Assembly (NCBI RefSeq): GCF_037042905.1
Contig: NC_087245.1
Coordinates: 12,030,001 to 12,094,000 of the forward strand
Direction: 5' to 3'
Length of the DNA: 64,000 bases
Source of the DNA: Lytechinus pictus
Lineage: Eukaryota
The notes beneath the pieces are model-generated. The model made no database searches, was not told the origin of the DNA, and saw only the letters and a program-made list of their open reading frames with translations. The translations under genes were made by a program, and so were the position numbers. The stretch's first letter is position 1, and each line of letters begins with the position of its first letter. Positions 38,429 through 51,211 of this stretch are shown piece by piece.

Positions 38429-39460
38429 ATGCTTTTCACACTGTACTTTTTTCCTTAACCCCGGGAAATTGGTGGGGCTAAGGGGGGGCCTTAGCCCCAC
38501 CAATTTCCCGGGGTTAAGCTTAGCCCACTTTGTTTTCACACTACGTTTTAGCAAAGTGGGCTAGCACGGTAAATAGTACGGTACTATCTGACCCTGCAAA
38601 AAAGCAGGGTTAGCTGGCTTATACCCTTTTTACACACGCTAAAATTTCCTTAACCCCGTACTATAGGTGGGGCTAAATTGCCATTTAGCCCCACCTATAG
38701 TACGGGGTTAAGCTTAGCCCACTTTCTTTTTACACAGCATTTTTGCAAAGTGGGCTAACCCCACCTTTAGTACGGGATTATTTGGCCCTGCAAAAAAGCA
38801 GGGTTATCCCAGCAATTGCGGTGCTAAGAGCGATAGTACGGGGTTAAGATCGCTAGTGTAAAACGAAAGTGGGCTAAGCTTAACCCCGTACTATAGGTGG
38901 GGCCAAATGGCAATTTGGCCCCACCTATAGTACGGGGTTAAGGAAATTGTAGCGTGTGTAAAATGGTACGAGTGAAGTACTTGTACTACGAATGATCGAC
39001 AAAAACCACTAGTCCAGGGTTAGCGAGTTTCGTGTGTGAAAAGCAAGCATTCCTTATCCGGGGTTAGCAATAACAATTTGGCATGTGTAAAAAGGAAAAA
39101 AAATAGTACGGGGTTAAGGATAGTACGGGGTTAGCGATAGTCCGGGGTTAAGAAAATCCTGTGTAAAAAGGGTATTATTGTAAGAGATGCAGTGTGAAAC
39201 AAAACCGGGCTAAGGAAAAGTGGGGCTAAGAAATAGCCAATCACAGAAGTCGATATTGCACGTTAATCACGCTCTGTATGGTAAAATCATCAATATTTAT
39301 GAGCTGTGGGATAGTCCGGGGTTAAGGCGTTAACCCCGGCTAAGCAGATAGTATGGGGTTAAGAAAGACAGTGTGAATAAAAAAAAAAGATAGTATGGGG
39401 TTAAGGATAGTCCGGGGTTAAGGATAGTATGGGGTTAAGGAAATGCAATGTGAAAAGCAT
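38429..39460. mobile_element. AT-flanked MITE (ISL2EU/Harbinger-like) containing a nested related MITE
   Basis: AT|ATGCTTTTCACA ... TGTGAAAAGCAT|AT; internal CCTTAACCCC/GGGGTTAAG repeats and palindromes. Confidence 0.88.
38623..39173. mobile_element. Nested MITE of a sister family
   Basis: AT|ACCCTTTTTACAC ... GTGTAAAAAGGGT|AT; absent from the uninterrupted copy at 42683-43182. Confidence 0.88.
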
Positions 39461-41382
39461 ATTACGGACATCCTTCCAAAGTAAAATATGGTGCACAGTG
39501 GCATGGTCTTTGGGGAAATTTTTCCTAAGGATGCTCTTCCACATTGTTTGATTATCCATGTTTTTTATTCTTGTTCAAGAAAACTGCTTGAACGCACCAT
39601 TCGGTCTAATTCCTCTTTGCTCTTCCTGTGCCTTATCCTGGACTCTTCACAAAGCTGGCCCCGACAGGGGTCTGTATGTGTTCTTGCAGTCTTTTCGTGT
39701 TGAGAATTTTGGTAAATGCCACAATGCTTGACAATGAACAAGGGAAAGGAGGTAACTATAGGCCTGTCTATCTCCATTGTTAAGGAGAATTGAACTTCCA
39801 ACACTTTTTTTTTTCAAATTTATTGTTAGGCTGATATGGAGCAATTTTCATGTCATAAACACGTTGTGAATGCATTTACATTTGACAAGTTGAATTACCT
39901 TTTCTACCACCCTTTTCACTCATTTCTCATTCCCTCACGCAGTCTGTAATGTACCTTTCTGATTTTGAGCCTTATGGCTTGCCAAAACATTTTGGCCGGT
40001 CACAGAGGGGGGATTTAGGTCCTACAAGGAGTGAACTATTGCAAAGGTACAAATGATGTCTATTACATGGATCCTAGTGATATTTTGGCAGAACTAATTT
40101 TTACAACCTGAACAGAGAGCTTTTGGTCCGCCGAAGGGTTGGTACATTTAGGTTGGTGGGTAAATGTTGGCCAGTCAAAATGATCTTTTGTCTTGCCAAA
40201 ATCTGCAGCTATAGGAATGGATAGGTCTATATATTTACAAGCATCTTCCTCCAACACCCCCCACCACTTTTGGATGCCTGCTCCCTTCTGTTTCCGTGGT
40301 TTTGCTCTGATATTGATTCATATTAATAACCACGTGATGAAATCAGAGAACACATTTCCTTTTCTAGCAAAAACACATTGTTTTTTTCACGTTGGTATCA
40401 TATTCCAACTTTGGCGGAAACTTTTACTTTGCAACGAAGTGTGGCATTCACAGTTACCATTTGACTTGGCATTCTTTTAGTCATTTCTTTCTCACTCTAA
40501 AATAATTTGTAAGCAATAGGTACTTCATATCACTATTATTTTTTACTGAATTTTTAAAAACTCTAAAGAAATAGCCTACATGATCTGTAGCCTATTTACT
40601 TGTAACAAAATCCAAAAAAGTATTCATTCATAAAAAGCGAAGAAATGTTTTCCCAGCGAACGTACATCCGCCTTCACCAAACCTAGTATTATTTCATTTC
40701 AATCCCCCTCAGGCCAGAAACCATTAGCTTGTTAGGTATATAATTGAATCTCTGTGGGATCAAATCCATTTGCACTCATGTTATTATTGCTGGAACATGT
40801 ACTGTAGCCTCCATGTACATCATACATTTAAGCCGAGCCTGCACCTAAGTCCTGTTTAGAAACGTTCATCCAGGTGTCACCGGGGTGACATTCCAGAAAA
40901 TCCATATCAAAATGTGGGTGACATGTTTATAGTGTCCATTTCTGTTGACCTGGGTGTCACCCTTACAGCTCAGTGCCTAGATGAAAATAAGTACCTTATC
41001 AAAAAAATATTGCTGGGGTCACACAATACCTTATGATATTGGGATCAAAATGATTTTTTTTTTGGTTATAACAAGTATGTAGGCAGTTCTGTAATCGTGT
41101 TGTGTTTGTATATTAACTTGTATATATGTTAATAAATATATAAAGAAAAAAAAATGAAAGCTTAAAGGCATACAATTGAAAAGGGTGTTTTAATATTTGT
41201 GCGCCCACCTCTTTCGTTTACACTGAAAAATGCCGATACCTTAGGCATTTTTTAAAAACTATTTTTAAAATGATCTTTAGATACAATTGAGTACATGTTG
41301 ATTTACAGATGAAATTCAAGAGATTTTTATTTCTCAGATGGAATAGTTAAGTATACAGTTTCAAAGTGACTGTAATTTACTG

Positions 41383-41634
41383 CACTCTAAAAAATATTGA
41401 GTAAAAGTGCCCCATGAGGGTAATTATGTATCCAACCAACATTGGGCATTTCTTTTGGGCATTTTTATTAATCCAGTGTGACGAAAATATTGCCCATTCT
41501 AAAGTAATTGCTGCTTATTTTTTAACCTTTCTGGACAACATGCATCCCGCAGTGGGTAAAATACTGCCCCAAATTGGTTGGACACATAATTACCATTGTG
41601 GTGGTAAAACTTTTACCCAATATTTTTTACAGTG
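41383..41634. mobile_element. CACTA/EnSpm-like MITE (252 bp)
   Basis: 26-bp TIR CACTSTAAAAAATATTGRGTAAAAGT (2 mismatches); 2-bp flanking duplication TG. Confidence 0.8.
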
Positions 41635-42494
41635 TGTGAAAATTACAAGACATTCAGATTCAGCTACAAAATTGTTCAGCTGACTTTATAAAAGAATTTT
41701 CCAGGGGATAGGCCTATATACTATTGAAATACCAGAATGTGCCATGGCTCAAGGAAAGAAAATGGTTGTAAACAAATAATTCATTCATGGTAGATTAAAA
41801 AAAAAACTGATTTATCCAAAAGCAAATCTGCCCATTTTCAACAATTGCCACGCTACATATACATAGTCTTGAAGTGCCACTAGGCACTACAGAATCGGGC
41901 TGTCTAGACTCACTCTAGAGCTTAGCAGCACTTGTCAATGGTTTTTGTGAATGTGACCCAATCATTTCCAGGTCCCTAGTAAATACACAATAGGTATTAG
42001 AAGGAGACAGCCTTGTATAGAAATCGATATTGGTCTCATTTACACATATAAATCAACTCATATGTTCATGTATAGTGATTTGGAAATCAATGTTTTATTT
42101 AAATCATATTTTTATGATTTATTTATGCACTCATGGGGCTTAAGTGGGAATATACATTGTAATTGGTATTCTTTTAACCCAAACATATGTATGTAGATGG
42201 TGGATAGAGCATGGATTAGGTGCACATCTCAACAATTTTCTTGTTCATTGATCCATTATGGACCGCTGGCTTGCGCACAAATTTTGATAGGACCTAAAAA
42301 AGAAGAAAATCAATTTTCAGCATTAGAGTTCACGCTGAAAAGCAGGAAACATGTCAGACATATACTGCTGCAGCCCAAATACGAAGAGTTGCAATGTCAT
42401 TTGGGCTTGATTTCTATATTTGTTTTTACCTTCAATGGTTCATGAATGTGTAATTTTATATTACCACGGGTTATTCGAAATGGAGAGTGCATTT

Positions 42495-42656
42495 ATGGTG
42501 CAGTCACATTTACCCTTCTGCAGCCGTGCGGCGAGTCAAAAACAGCCGTTTTAAATTTTTTTATATCAGCTACATTGGTGGTTTGAATAAAAATGAATAA
42601 AACAGCTGTGTTCAACTCGCCGTACGGCTGCAGTAGGGGAAATGTGACTGCGGCAT
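42495..42656. mobile_element. Small palindromic MITE
   Basis: GCAGTCACATTT...CTGCAGCCGTGCGGCGAGT mirrored by ACTCGCCGTACGGCTGCAG...AAATGTGACTGC. Confidence 0.78.
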
Positions 42657-42682
42657 TAAACATTGAATTGAATACTTATAAT

Positions 42683-43182
42683 ATGCTTTTCACATTGCCA
42701 TTCCTTAACCCCATACTATCCTTAACCCTGGACTATCCTTAACCCCATTCTATCTTTTTTTGGATTCACACTGTCTTTCTTAACCCCATACTATCTGCTT
42801 AGCCGGGGTTAACGCCTTAACCCTGGACTATCCCACAGCTCATGAATATTGATGATTTTACCTTACAGAGCGTGATTAACATGCAATTTCGACATCTGTG
42901 ATTGGCTATTGATAAGCCCCACTTTTCCTTAGCCCGGTTTCGTTTCACACTGCATCTCTTAGCACCGCAATTGTGGTGCTAGCACCACAATAAGCCGGCT
43001 AACCCTGCTTTTTTTCAGGGCCAGATAGTACCGTACTATTTGCCGTGCTAGCCCACTTTGCTAAAACGTAGTGTGAAAACGAAGTGGGCTAAGCTTAACC
43101 CTGGGAAATTGGTGGGGCTAAGGCCCCCCCCTTAGCCCCACCAATTTCCAGGGATTAAGGAAAAAAATTGTGTGAAAAGCAT
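42683..43182. mobile_element. Uninterrupted inverted copy of the 38429 MITE
   Basis: AT|ATGCTTTTCACA ... TGTGAAAAGCAT|AT; the body is the reverse complement of 38429-38622 plus 39174-39460. Confidence 0.9.
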
Positions 43183-43786
43183 ATTAGAGTTTTCCAAAGG
43201 ACTTGATATGTAAAAAAATTCTGCAGAAACACTTGAAAGAGTTTTCGATGGTGCTTACATGTAGGTTTACATTTAAGAACCACCAGTTATACCAACTGTT
43301 GATAGAGTTCAACTTGAAAGGGTAGCAATTTCACTTATCTTGGTTTTTAAACAGATTTATTTTGCTTCTTAAATCCTCTCTGCTTCTAGCTTCACAAAAG
43401 AAAGGAATGTGAAAGTGCCTTTCGATAGAATGTGGAGACAGTATGAGAATAGATGCTAAAACTGTCCATGAATGGGATGGGGGCTTAAGAATGCTTTGAA
43501 TGATATTTGCTCTCTCCACTGGAAAGAGACAAACTTTGATTGTACCCAGAGCTCAATAGGGTGAGCTTAGATGGTTTCATGAATGGATTCTCAAAGGGGC
43601 TCATATTGATCCACTCTTTCATCTACCACTCTTTGCACTTATTTAACGACTTAACACAAACAAAACTGAAAATTCAACCATGAAAGAGATTTATAAATAA
43701 AATCTTCTTTTCATCTTCTCCTCGTAAAGGAAAATCCAAACTCAAAGTCAAACTCCACACACATTCCACCACCCCCTCCCCCTTAA

Positions 43787-44389
43787 AGGTCAAGTCCACC
43801 TTAGAAAAATGTTGATTTGAATCAATAGAGAAAAATCAGACAAGCACAATGCTGAAAATTTCATCAAAATCGGATGTAAAATAAGAAAGTTATGACATTT
43901 CAAAGTTTCGCTTTTTTTTCACAAAATAGTTATATGAACGAGTCAGTTACATCCAATGAGAGAGTCAATGATGTCTTTCACTCACTATTTCTTTTGTTTT
44001 TTATTGTTTGAATTATACAATATATCAATTCTTACGAATTTGACAATTAGGACCTCTTTGCCTGAACCACAAAATGTTAAAATAATGGAATTCCACGTGT
44101 TCAGGGAGGAATGAAACTTCATTTCACATGACAATGACGAGAAAATAAAAATATTTCATATTTCATATAATAAAATACAAAAGAAATAGTGAGTGAGTGA
44201 TGTCATCAGTTCCCTCATTTGCATACCGACCGAGATGTGCATATAACTGTTTTGTGAAATGAAGCGAAACTTTAAAATGTCATAACTTACTTATTTTACA
44301 TCCGATTTTGATGAAATTTTCAGCATTATGCTTGTTGGATTTTTTCTCTTTTTATTCAAATCAAGTTTTTGTTGGGGTGGACTTGTCCT
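43787..44389. mobile_element. Kolobok-like MITE (603 bp)
   Basis: TTAA|AGGTCAAGTCCACC ... GGTGGACTTGTCCT|TTAA; long inverted arms (AAAATTTCATCAAAATCGGATGTAAAATAAG). Confidence 0.9.
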
Positions 44390-46197
44390 TTAAAAATGAT
44401 AAAAGTGGATTGCTGAAAGTTTAGAAAAATAGGGGCAAAAATCAACTGCAGTTATCGAGTTATTGAAAAGTGCTGATTTTAAGCAATAAGTAGGCGGGAG
44501 GTAGGCATAGCCCTCCTTTTTAGTTCTAGATGTAATTGTAAAGCACATGACTTAAGTAATAATGTCACTGCATACCATTTTATTTTTTATGCTGTTTTCA
44601 ACAGATAAATTAGTTTTAATGTGTTTTTCTCATGCATGCTGAAATCTGGCATCAACAGAGCAAACATTTTTTGGGAGAAAATATGAATTGAAATTGATGC
44701 CTATGTTTTCAACACAAATGTAAAGTAATTTGGCTCTTTTAGTCTTTTGTATCCAAGTCCAAAGGTGGTCATAAGATATTTGTCATGTGAAACTTTTTCA
44801 CATGTGCCAAGCTACAGTATAGTCCAGTTTCTCTTTCAATTCAGTTCTATGAGAATAATTCCTGTTTACATCATATCTCACACAATTTGAATTGTATTCA
44901 TGAAATATTAGATTGACTGTTCTGTCAACTCTAATTTGGACAACCCCAGCCATCAATTGAGGGGTTGTTTTGGTTGAGTGGACATGCTGTTGGTCACCCG
45001 TGAACCCTGACCAACTGCATATCTACTAGATCACAGGATTCATGGTTCAAGTCACACAACAGCACCAATCAATGTAGTGTACCTTTCACTCCAGTTTTAT
45101 ATGCAACTGGAAGTAAATGACACATGTAGCCTAGCAGAACGAGAGTTATAACTTTATATTAGAGCGCCTTCAATTTCCTATATCATGTATATGAACCATG
45201 AACTATCAAATATATTATTATTCAGATGTGCAATATGCAGGCAACATCAATGTGCTCGCCCCCTAAATAAAAAAAATGTTGAAAATAATTCTGTAAGTTG
45301 AAAAGGATCACCATTAAATTTTATTATAAAGTGTTTCTGGCAGAAATTTATAGAAGAAGGAAAATTTATACAGACAATTTAAACATCCGCCTCCTATATC
45401 ATAAACAAAAGTCATGAGTATGGGTCTGTAACAGCCGTATCATTGGAAGACTTATACCCCCCCCCCCCCCCCCCCGCACATGTACATAATTTGATTTCCA
45501 AATGTTTGGATATTTTTGTCTTTATTTAGGCTGTGTTGTGAATTACCATTCAAGAAATCCTTGTTAGGAAACATCAAAGATAATTGAATCAGACTGTCCC
45601 CTAGACTATCAATGCATCATTCAGGGTGCTTCTCAGAAAATGGATTTCACAGATGATGCACATGTAGTAGTACTCTATTTGGCATACCCCATTATTGGCT
45701 ATCAAAATTCTCAGTGAGCAGTCATCTGAAAACTATCTGAGTGTAAAAGTGGGGAACTAGTTTAGTATATCTCCTTGGTATATATTACCTTTTTTAAATG
45801 GTCTATTAGAGCCATTGATTTTTCCTCACTTTGTAGAAAAACAAATAAGTCCTCTTTATTGCAAAGAGGTCAGACACTGGTTACATCCCTCATTCAGCAG
45901 AAAAATATATTAAACCTGATACAAATTACAAACTTACTGACTTTTTGCTGTTCTCGCTGGATAATAGTTTCTTACAATCTCATGTTTTATCCCTCATTTC
46001 TACTATTAAACCTGTTTTCTTTTAGACCATGTGAGTTCTCATCGGAGCTCAAGCTAGAAATCTCCATCTGAAAGCCCTTCATGGAAGGACTTTTCTGACT
46101 CTTTTTTCAATAAAGTTTGTTTTATAAGACAGTTATCATAGTAGTAATTGCTCCTCAGTCAATCAAGGACAACAAATGTTGGTAAAATGGTCTCACA

Positions 46198-46994
46198 TAG
46201 GGCTGGGACTAAAACCCGGGTACCCAGGTCCCGCCCGGAAGCCTCGGGTACCCTGGTAGAAAAATCAATACGCAATACCCGAAAATTGCTCACCAGTATA
46301 ACGTACATGTATTTGATTTGCATTGTGTAGTGTAAGACATGATTGTAACTCATCACAAAAGTACACAAGTCTCATTTTGAATCTCAACAATTACCCTCAA
46401 AATATCCATAAATATACAAGTTTTTCAAGTGATGATGTGACTGAGATCGTTCAATCGTCGCCATGTTTCCTTTTGCAGCGCCAGCCAATCACTATTCGTG
46501 TTACTGTACCATTTTCAGTTCATCATAAACCAAAAATGGTAACAAGATCGTGATTGGAAATCAATTGACTTTGTGCACGTACGTAGCGATAGATTCTACA
46601 AACTCATGAACACGATGTAATATCGACGCTACTTCGTAAGATTTTGACGGAAAAGCAAGAAGTAATCAAAATTTGCTTACCTGCGTGGTATCAGTGCGAA
46701 AACAGATCCTCCGCGAATTCCTTTCATAATTCATATAAAATATAGGAAAGTGGAATTCTAGGTCAATTTTGGTACGAGGTGACAGAGTATTGCAGACTTG
46801 TTTCGATGGAATACTGCGCGTGGGGCATGCACAGGAGGCTTGCACTGCTTACTATATTTTCATTCAGTGGCTGGATGACCTCACCTAACGCGTTTTTCCA
46901 CCAGTCATATTTCATGTGACATGATTTTCGGGTACCCGCCCGAAAATTACCATGGGTACCCGAAGACCAAAAATACCCAAAATTTCCAGGCCTA
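46198..46994. mobile_element. Non-autonomous hAT-like transposon (797 bp)
   Basis: TAGGGCTGGGA ... TTCCAGGCCTA ends; perfect 8-bp TSD GTCTCACA (46190-46197, 46995-47002); GGGTACCC subterminal repeats. Confidence 0.9.
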
Positions 46995-47186
46995 GTCTCA
47001 CACACTTTCTATCAGTCCTTTCCAGTGAGGGATCTAACACCTCATGACTTTCCACCAAGTTTTTTCATGTCCATCAGACCTGTAAAGTTTCTCCATCATG
47101 TCTCATAGACTATACCACTAGTAGGCCTATTAGTTTCTGTCAAGCTCATGAAGCTAATGATCTTATTATCTTTAATTTACTTGCAG

Positions 47187-47784
47187 CACTGTCTAGAAAT
47201 GGAGAGGTTACTGAAGTTTGAGCCATGTAAGATCCTGGACAAGCGAGTGAAGGAGCCAGAAAACCCTTGGAATAAATTCATTTTACCTTGCCAAGATCGT
47301 GTGATAATGGACAGAGAGTTAGATCTGCTTTCGTTTTCGGACAGTGAGAGCAGCGACAGCAGATTTGACACGATAAGCCTGAGTTCCAGCTCCAGCATTG
47401 TTTCTTGGGACAGTTCTGGTGAACTTTCACCATCTCCCTCAGTGACTGCAATCACATGTGATCCTTTCAAAACAGAAACTTTCAAGGCAGCGCGAATGAT
47501 ATCGGAAGCGACCCTCACACCACCATCATCACCAGAACTTGGTCGTAGCCGGTTAGTTAGTGTGCCTGTAGGACAATTGGTTGCAGTAAGCATGGGTGGA
47601 CTTATGGACAGAGGTTCAGTTAGAATGCGTAGTTTAAATCCAATTTCATCTTCTAGAGGTAGTAGTAGCAAGAGATCAGATTCCCCCGATCCCAAGCGAA
47701 GAGTTCATAGATGTCAATTTAGTGGTTGTAGGAAAGTTTACACCAAAAGTTCACACCTGAAAGCACATCAGAGAACACACACAG
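47187..47784 (+). CDS. KLF7: KLF6/7-family transcription factor, coding exon 2 (Ser-rich region, TPPSSP motif, zinc finger 1)
   Basis: Acceptor ttacttgcag|CAC. Reads HCLEMERLL (cf. KLF6/7 TCLELERYL) ... LTPPSSPE ... KRRVHRCQFSGCRKVYTKSSHLKAHQRTHT. Donor ACAG|GTAAGT; 598 nt, phase 1. Confidence 0.96.
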
Positions 47785-48104
47785 GTAAGTTGTTATTTGA
47801 ACAGCTTTTTTATTGCATCAAATATATTGTTTCTGATTCTGACAATGATTCCAGTTTATTGTTTCTGATCCTGATAATGATTCCAGTTAGGGAATGGTTT
47901 AGACAGGCTAGCTTGCATGATTTGCACTGTGGATGTATCTAAAAGCAGACTAAGGACATTCATCTCCATTGACTGGAAGTTAAAATGGTGATGTCTGTCA
48001 ATCCCATTCAAAAGATGAGAAAAATATAAATGGTTAATTTGGAATATGGAGATGATAGTGATATTGGTAATATCTATGATTGTACATGTACTGTTTCTAA
48101 TATC

Positions 48105-48240
48105 AATGAGGATGATGGCGATGATGATTGGTGCTTATGATGGTGATGATTATGGTGATGGTTAAGGTGACGGTGATAATAGTAGTGATGAATATTGATA
48201 ATTATATTGAGAATCATAATGGTGTAATAAATGATGATAC
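48105..48240. repeat. (GAT/GGT)n degenerate microsatellite
   Basis: Visible trinucleotide runs. Confidence 0.75.
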
Positions 48241-50603
48241 ACAAAATTATCAGCAAATGACTCAGTAGGAGACAAACTTTTGTGAACCATATGCTACAAC
48301 ACATTGGTCCAAGCTTCAACCAGGGAACAAAGATCAAAACTGCACCCATATGGAAGCTTTTTAATTCATCTCAAAGATCTCGGCCAGGAGCACTTTAAGT
48401 GAAAAAAATGCCATGATCACATTGAGTGAATAATATTAACATGTAAAAATCCAGAGTCATAGCATTTTTCCTGCACAAGACAATTGATATATGGTCATGT
48501 GTGGTTACCATGGTGATATTGCCTCCACTCAGCAAGGATCACCAGTGCAGTGTAGTATAGGCATAATTATGCAGTCTGGTTAATTCATACCAATTAAATT
48601 TCCTCGCATCAATGGAAAGCTTTTGAGAGTAATGTGTACTAGTACTTTATAACCCTCGTATGATGTAGGTTTTTGCTTGTTTATTTAAAAAGCTGCCTGA
48701 CCAATTCATAGCAATTATTACTCTTCCAACTCTAAAAGGTTTTTAATACTGACCATAATCTTGTAGTACTTTATATTTTATAAGCTACATTGACTTGTGG
48801 AAGATTAAAGGGCCAAACTTGTTTATCATGAATTTCAAAATTCAAAATGTTGATTCAGTCAAGTCTGCCACAAGAACAAGCTGATATACTGTAAAAGAAG
48901 AATCAGACAAGCTTCGCACTGAGCACTGAAATTTTCTTCAAAATCAGATATAAGAAAGTTATGACATTTACATATCGGCTAGTACGCAAATGAAGGAGCC
49001 AATTATGTCACACACTCACTTTCTTTATTTTGTATTTCACTAGGCCCTATATGAAATATTTCACGGATTTTCTCCTTGAAACATGGTTTGCCTTCATGTG
49101 AAATTTGTTAGATTTACATTAATGTGATTCAATAGAGCTCCTTTATTATCAAATGTACAAGAAATAAAGAGAAGAAAATTGATTGTAAATTGATGGTAAA
49201 ATATTAAAAAATTGGCGAGTACATGTATGTGCCACCATTGGAATAATGTTTTGTTCGAATCGACATACCTTGATCAACCAGCAGTCCCCCAGCTATCTTC
49301 ATTGTTAGAATGTTCCAAACTTCCAATTCTCCAAGTCTAGATATATATTTCAATGTATCATCATCTTTACAAACAAAAGGATATAGAATTAGAAATTTCA
49401 CAACCATAAGTAACACCAAGAAATCAAATATTTAAACAAAAATAAACCCCTTTCTTTACTCAATGAATTTTCACAGAATTGGATGACCCACAACATGGCA
49501 CTCATATCCGGTCATGCCAATTATACGTCATATATGGAAGGGTGCAGATCATGACATGGCTGGTTATTAAAGTGAAGCACGACCGTAATAGAAAATTAAT
49601 ATAGCCACTTTTATTGGAAGCAAGATTGGGTTTTAAAGCAGAGGCAGAATTGAAATATTGCTCAAAAGGTTGCTTGGGGAAAGGGGAAGCTAGGAGGGAA
49701 GGGCAAAGCGGCAGATTTTTTTTAAATTTGAATATGAAAAGCGATAGTTCAACATTCCAACATCCTCTAGATGCAAGACTGTGATGGTCTCAAATAAAGT
49801 TTGAAAAACAAATGGTGAGCTCTCACTTCCGCTCGGAAAAAAAATCTTGCTGCTGTTTGCAAAGTCTTGTTGATACAAAACCTTTATACAGTTGTCTGGT
49901 TGATCCATGACCAAAGATGTTTGCCTTTTCTTTAAACAAACAAAAACATTCAAATATCTCTTGGTCATGTATGATTTAGCAAATAACCAAGTACAATCTA
50001 CCATTGATATGTCTTCCATCAGTATAACTTCAATATGGAGGAGATATAGGTCTGTAGTATGAGCAATGCTTAGTCAACATACACTAAAAAAAACTGGTAT
50101 GCGCTCCATCACTTCACCAATACAAGGACTCAAGGAGGCATACTGTACGGGTCTCTCATTTACCTCTTTATCATAAATGAGTCATGATTGTAGTGTATCA
50201 TTAATTTTCCCCTGACCCTGCACTGGCTTGCATGCTTCATATGCGGCATGTGAGCAACAAATTGCCTTCCATGATCAACGGCAATGGAATTCACTTTGTA
50301 AAGTCAGTCTCCACAAATACTAAGTGACAACCTTCATACATGTAGATATACATGTCATGCATTAAGATGAAAACTACAATCACATCAAACCCGAATACAA
50401 TCGCTTTACGTTGCATGTGTTTGTTCAGTTTGCTTCCAGTGTAAGAACACAGGTTCATGTTGACATCACATGTTTTCCTGTGTTTGTAATGCATCATAAC
50501 ACCAATCGAATAATATTTTGTCTGTAGATATGATAATTTTAATACTTCCGTTCTGCAAAAGCTGTAGGTGTCTGGTGATTGTCCTTTAGTACCAGTAAAT
50601 TAA

Positions 50604-51211
50604 TGGGATGCTCAGAGCTAAAAATAGTTATATATAAATAAAAAGAGTAAAATTCACAGAGCAAAATGCTGAAAATTTCATCAAAATCTGATGACGAATA
50701 GCGACGTTATGGCATTTTTAAGATTTGCATTAGTCTGGTGAGACAGTTCTAGGCATGTCTTCATGAATATTCAATGAGCAAACTGATGAAGTCATATCCC
50801 CACTCTTCTTGTGTATTTTATTGTATGAAATAAGGTTTATTAAAAAAATTTCCTTCAAGAACCAAAAATATTGGAATTACAGCTGATTAAGTGCATTAGA
50901 TATTCATTGCTGCAACTTATTTATTATGTACATGTATAAAAAAATAAAAAACAATTATGATTTCATGTAATAACATAAGAAACGGAAAAGTGGGGATGCG
51001 ACGTCATCAGCCCATTCTATTGAATAGTCATGAGTCATGACGACAACGTGCATATAACTGTTTTCACAATATACAGTACATGTATTGCTAAATTTTGAAA
51101 TTAAATAACTTCACTATTTGTCATCATATTTTGATGAAATTTTCAGCATTTTGCTTTGTGAATTTTGCTATATTTATTTAGACATAAATATTTTCAGCCT
51201 GGAGCATCCCT
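50604..51211. mobile_element. Kolobok-like MITE, older
   Basis: TTAA|TGGGATGCTC ... GAGCATCCCT; arms CACAGAGCAAAATGCTGAAAATTTCATCAAAAT / ATTTTGATGAAATTTTCAGCATTTTGCTTTGTG. Confidence 0.75.

Larger units (their letters stand above)
18436..47186 (+). other. KLF6/7 intron 1 (28,751 bp, GT-AG, phase 0)
   Basis: Bounded by GTATCG and TTGCAG; joins WSQ|HCLE in frame, matching the family WQQ|TCLE junction. Confidence 0.88.

Noticed and set aside
39565..39804. Charged 79-aa minus-strand ORF in intron 1
   Set aside because: No recognisable domain, no convincing splice sites or partner exons; length is within chance expectation.
47177..47695. 172-aa minus-strand ORF
   Set aside because: Antisense shadow of KLF exon 2; no independent homology or splice context.
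47148..47942. 264-aa ORF as a complete single-exon gene
   Set aside because: Both ends run into introns; canonical splice sites at 47187 and 47784 restore the family sequence.
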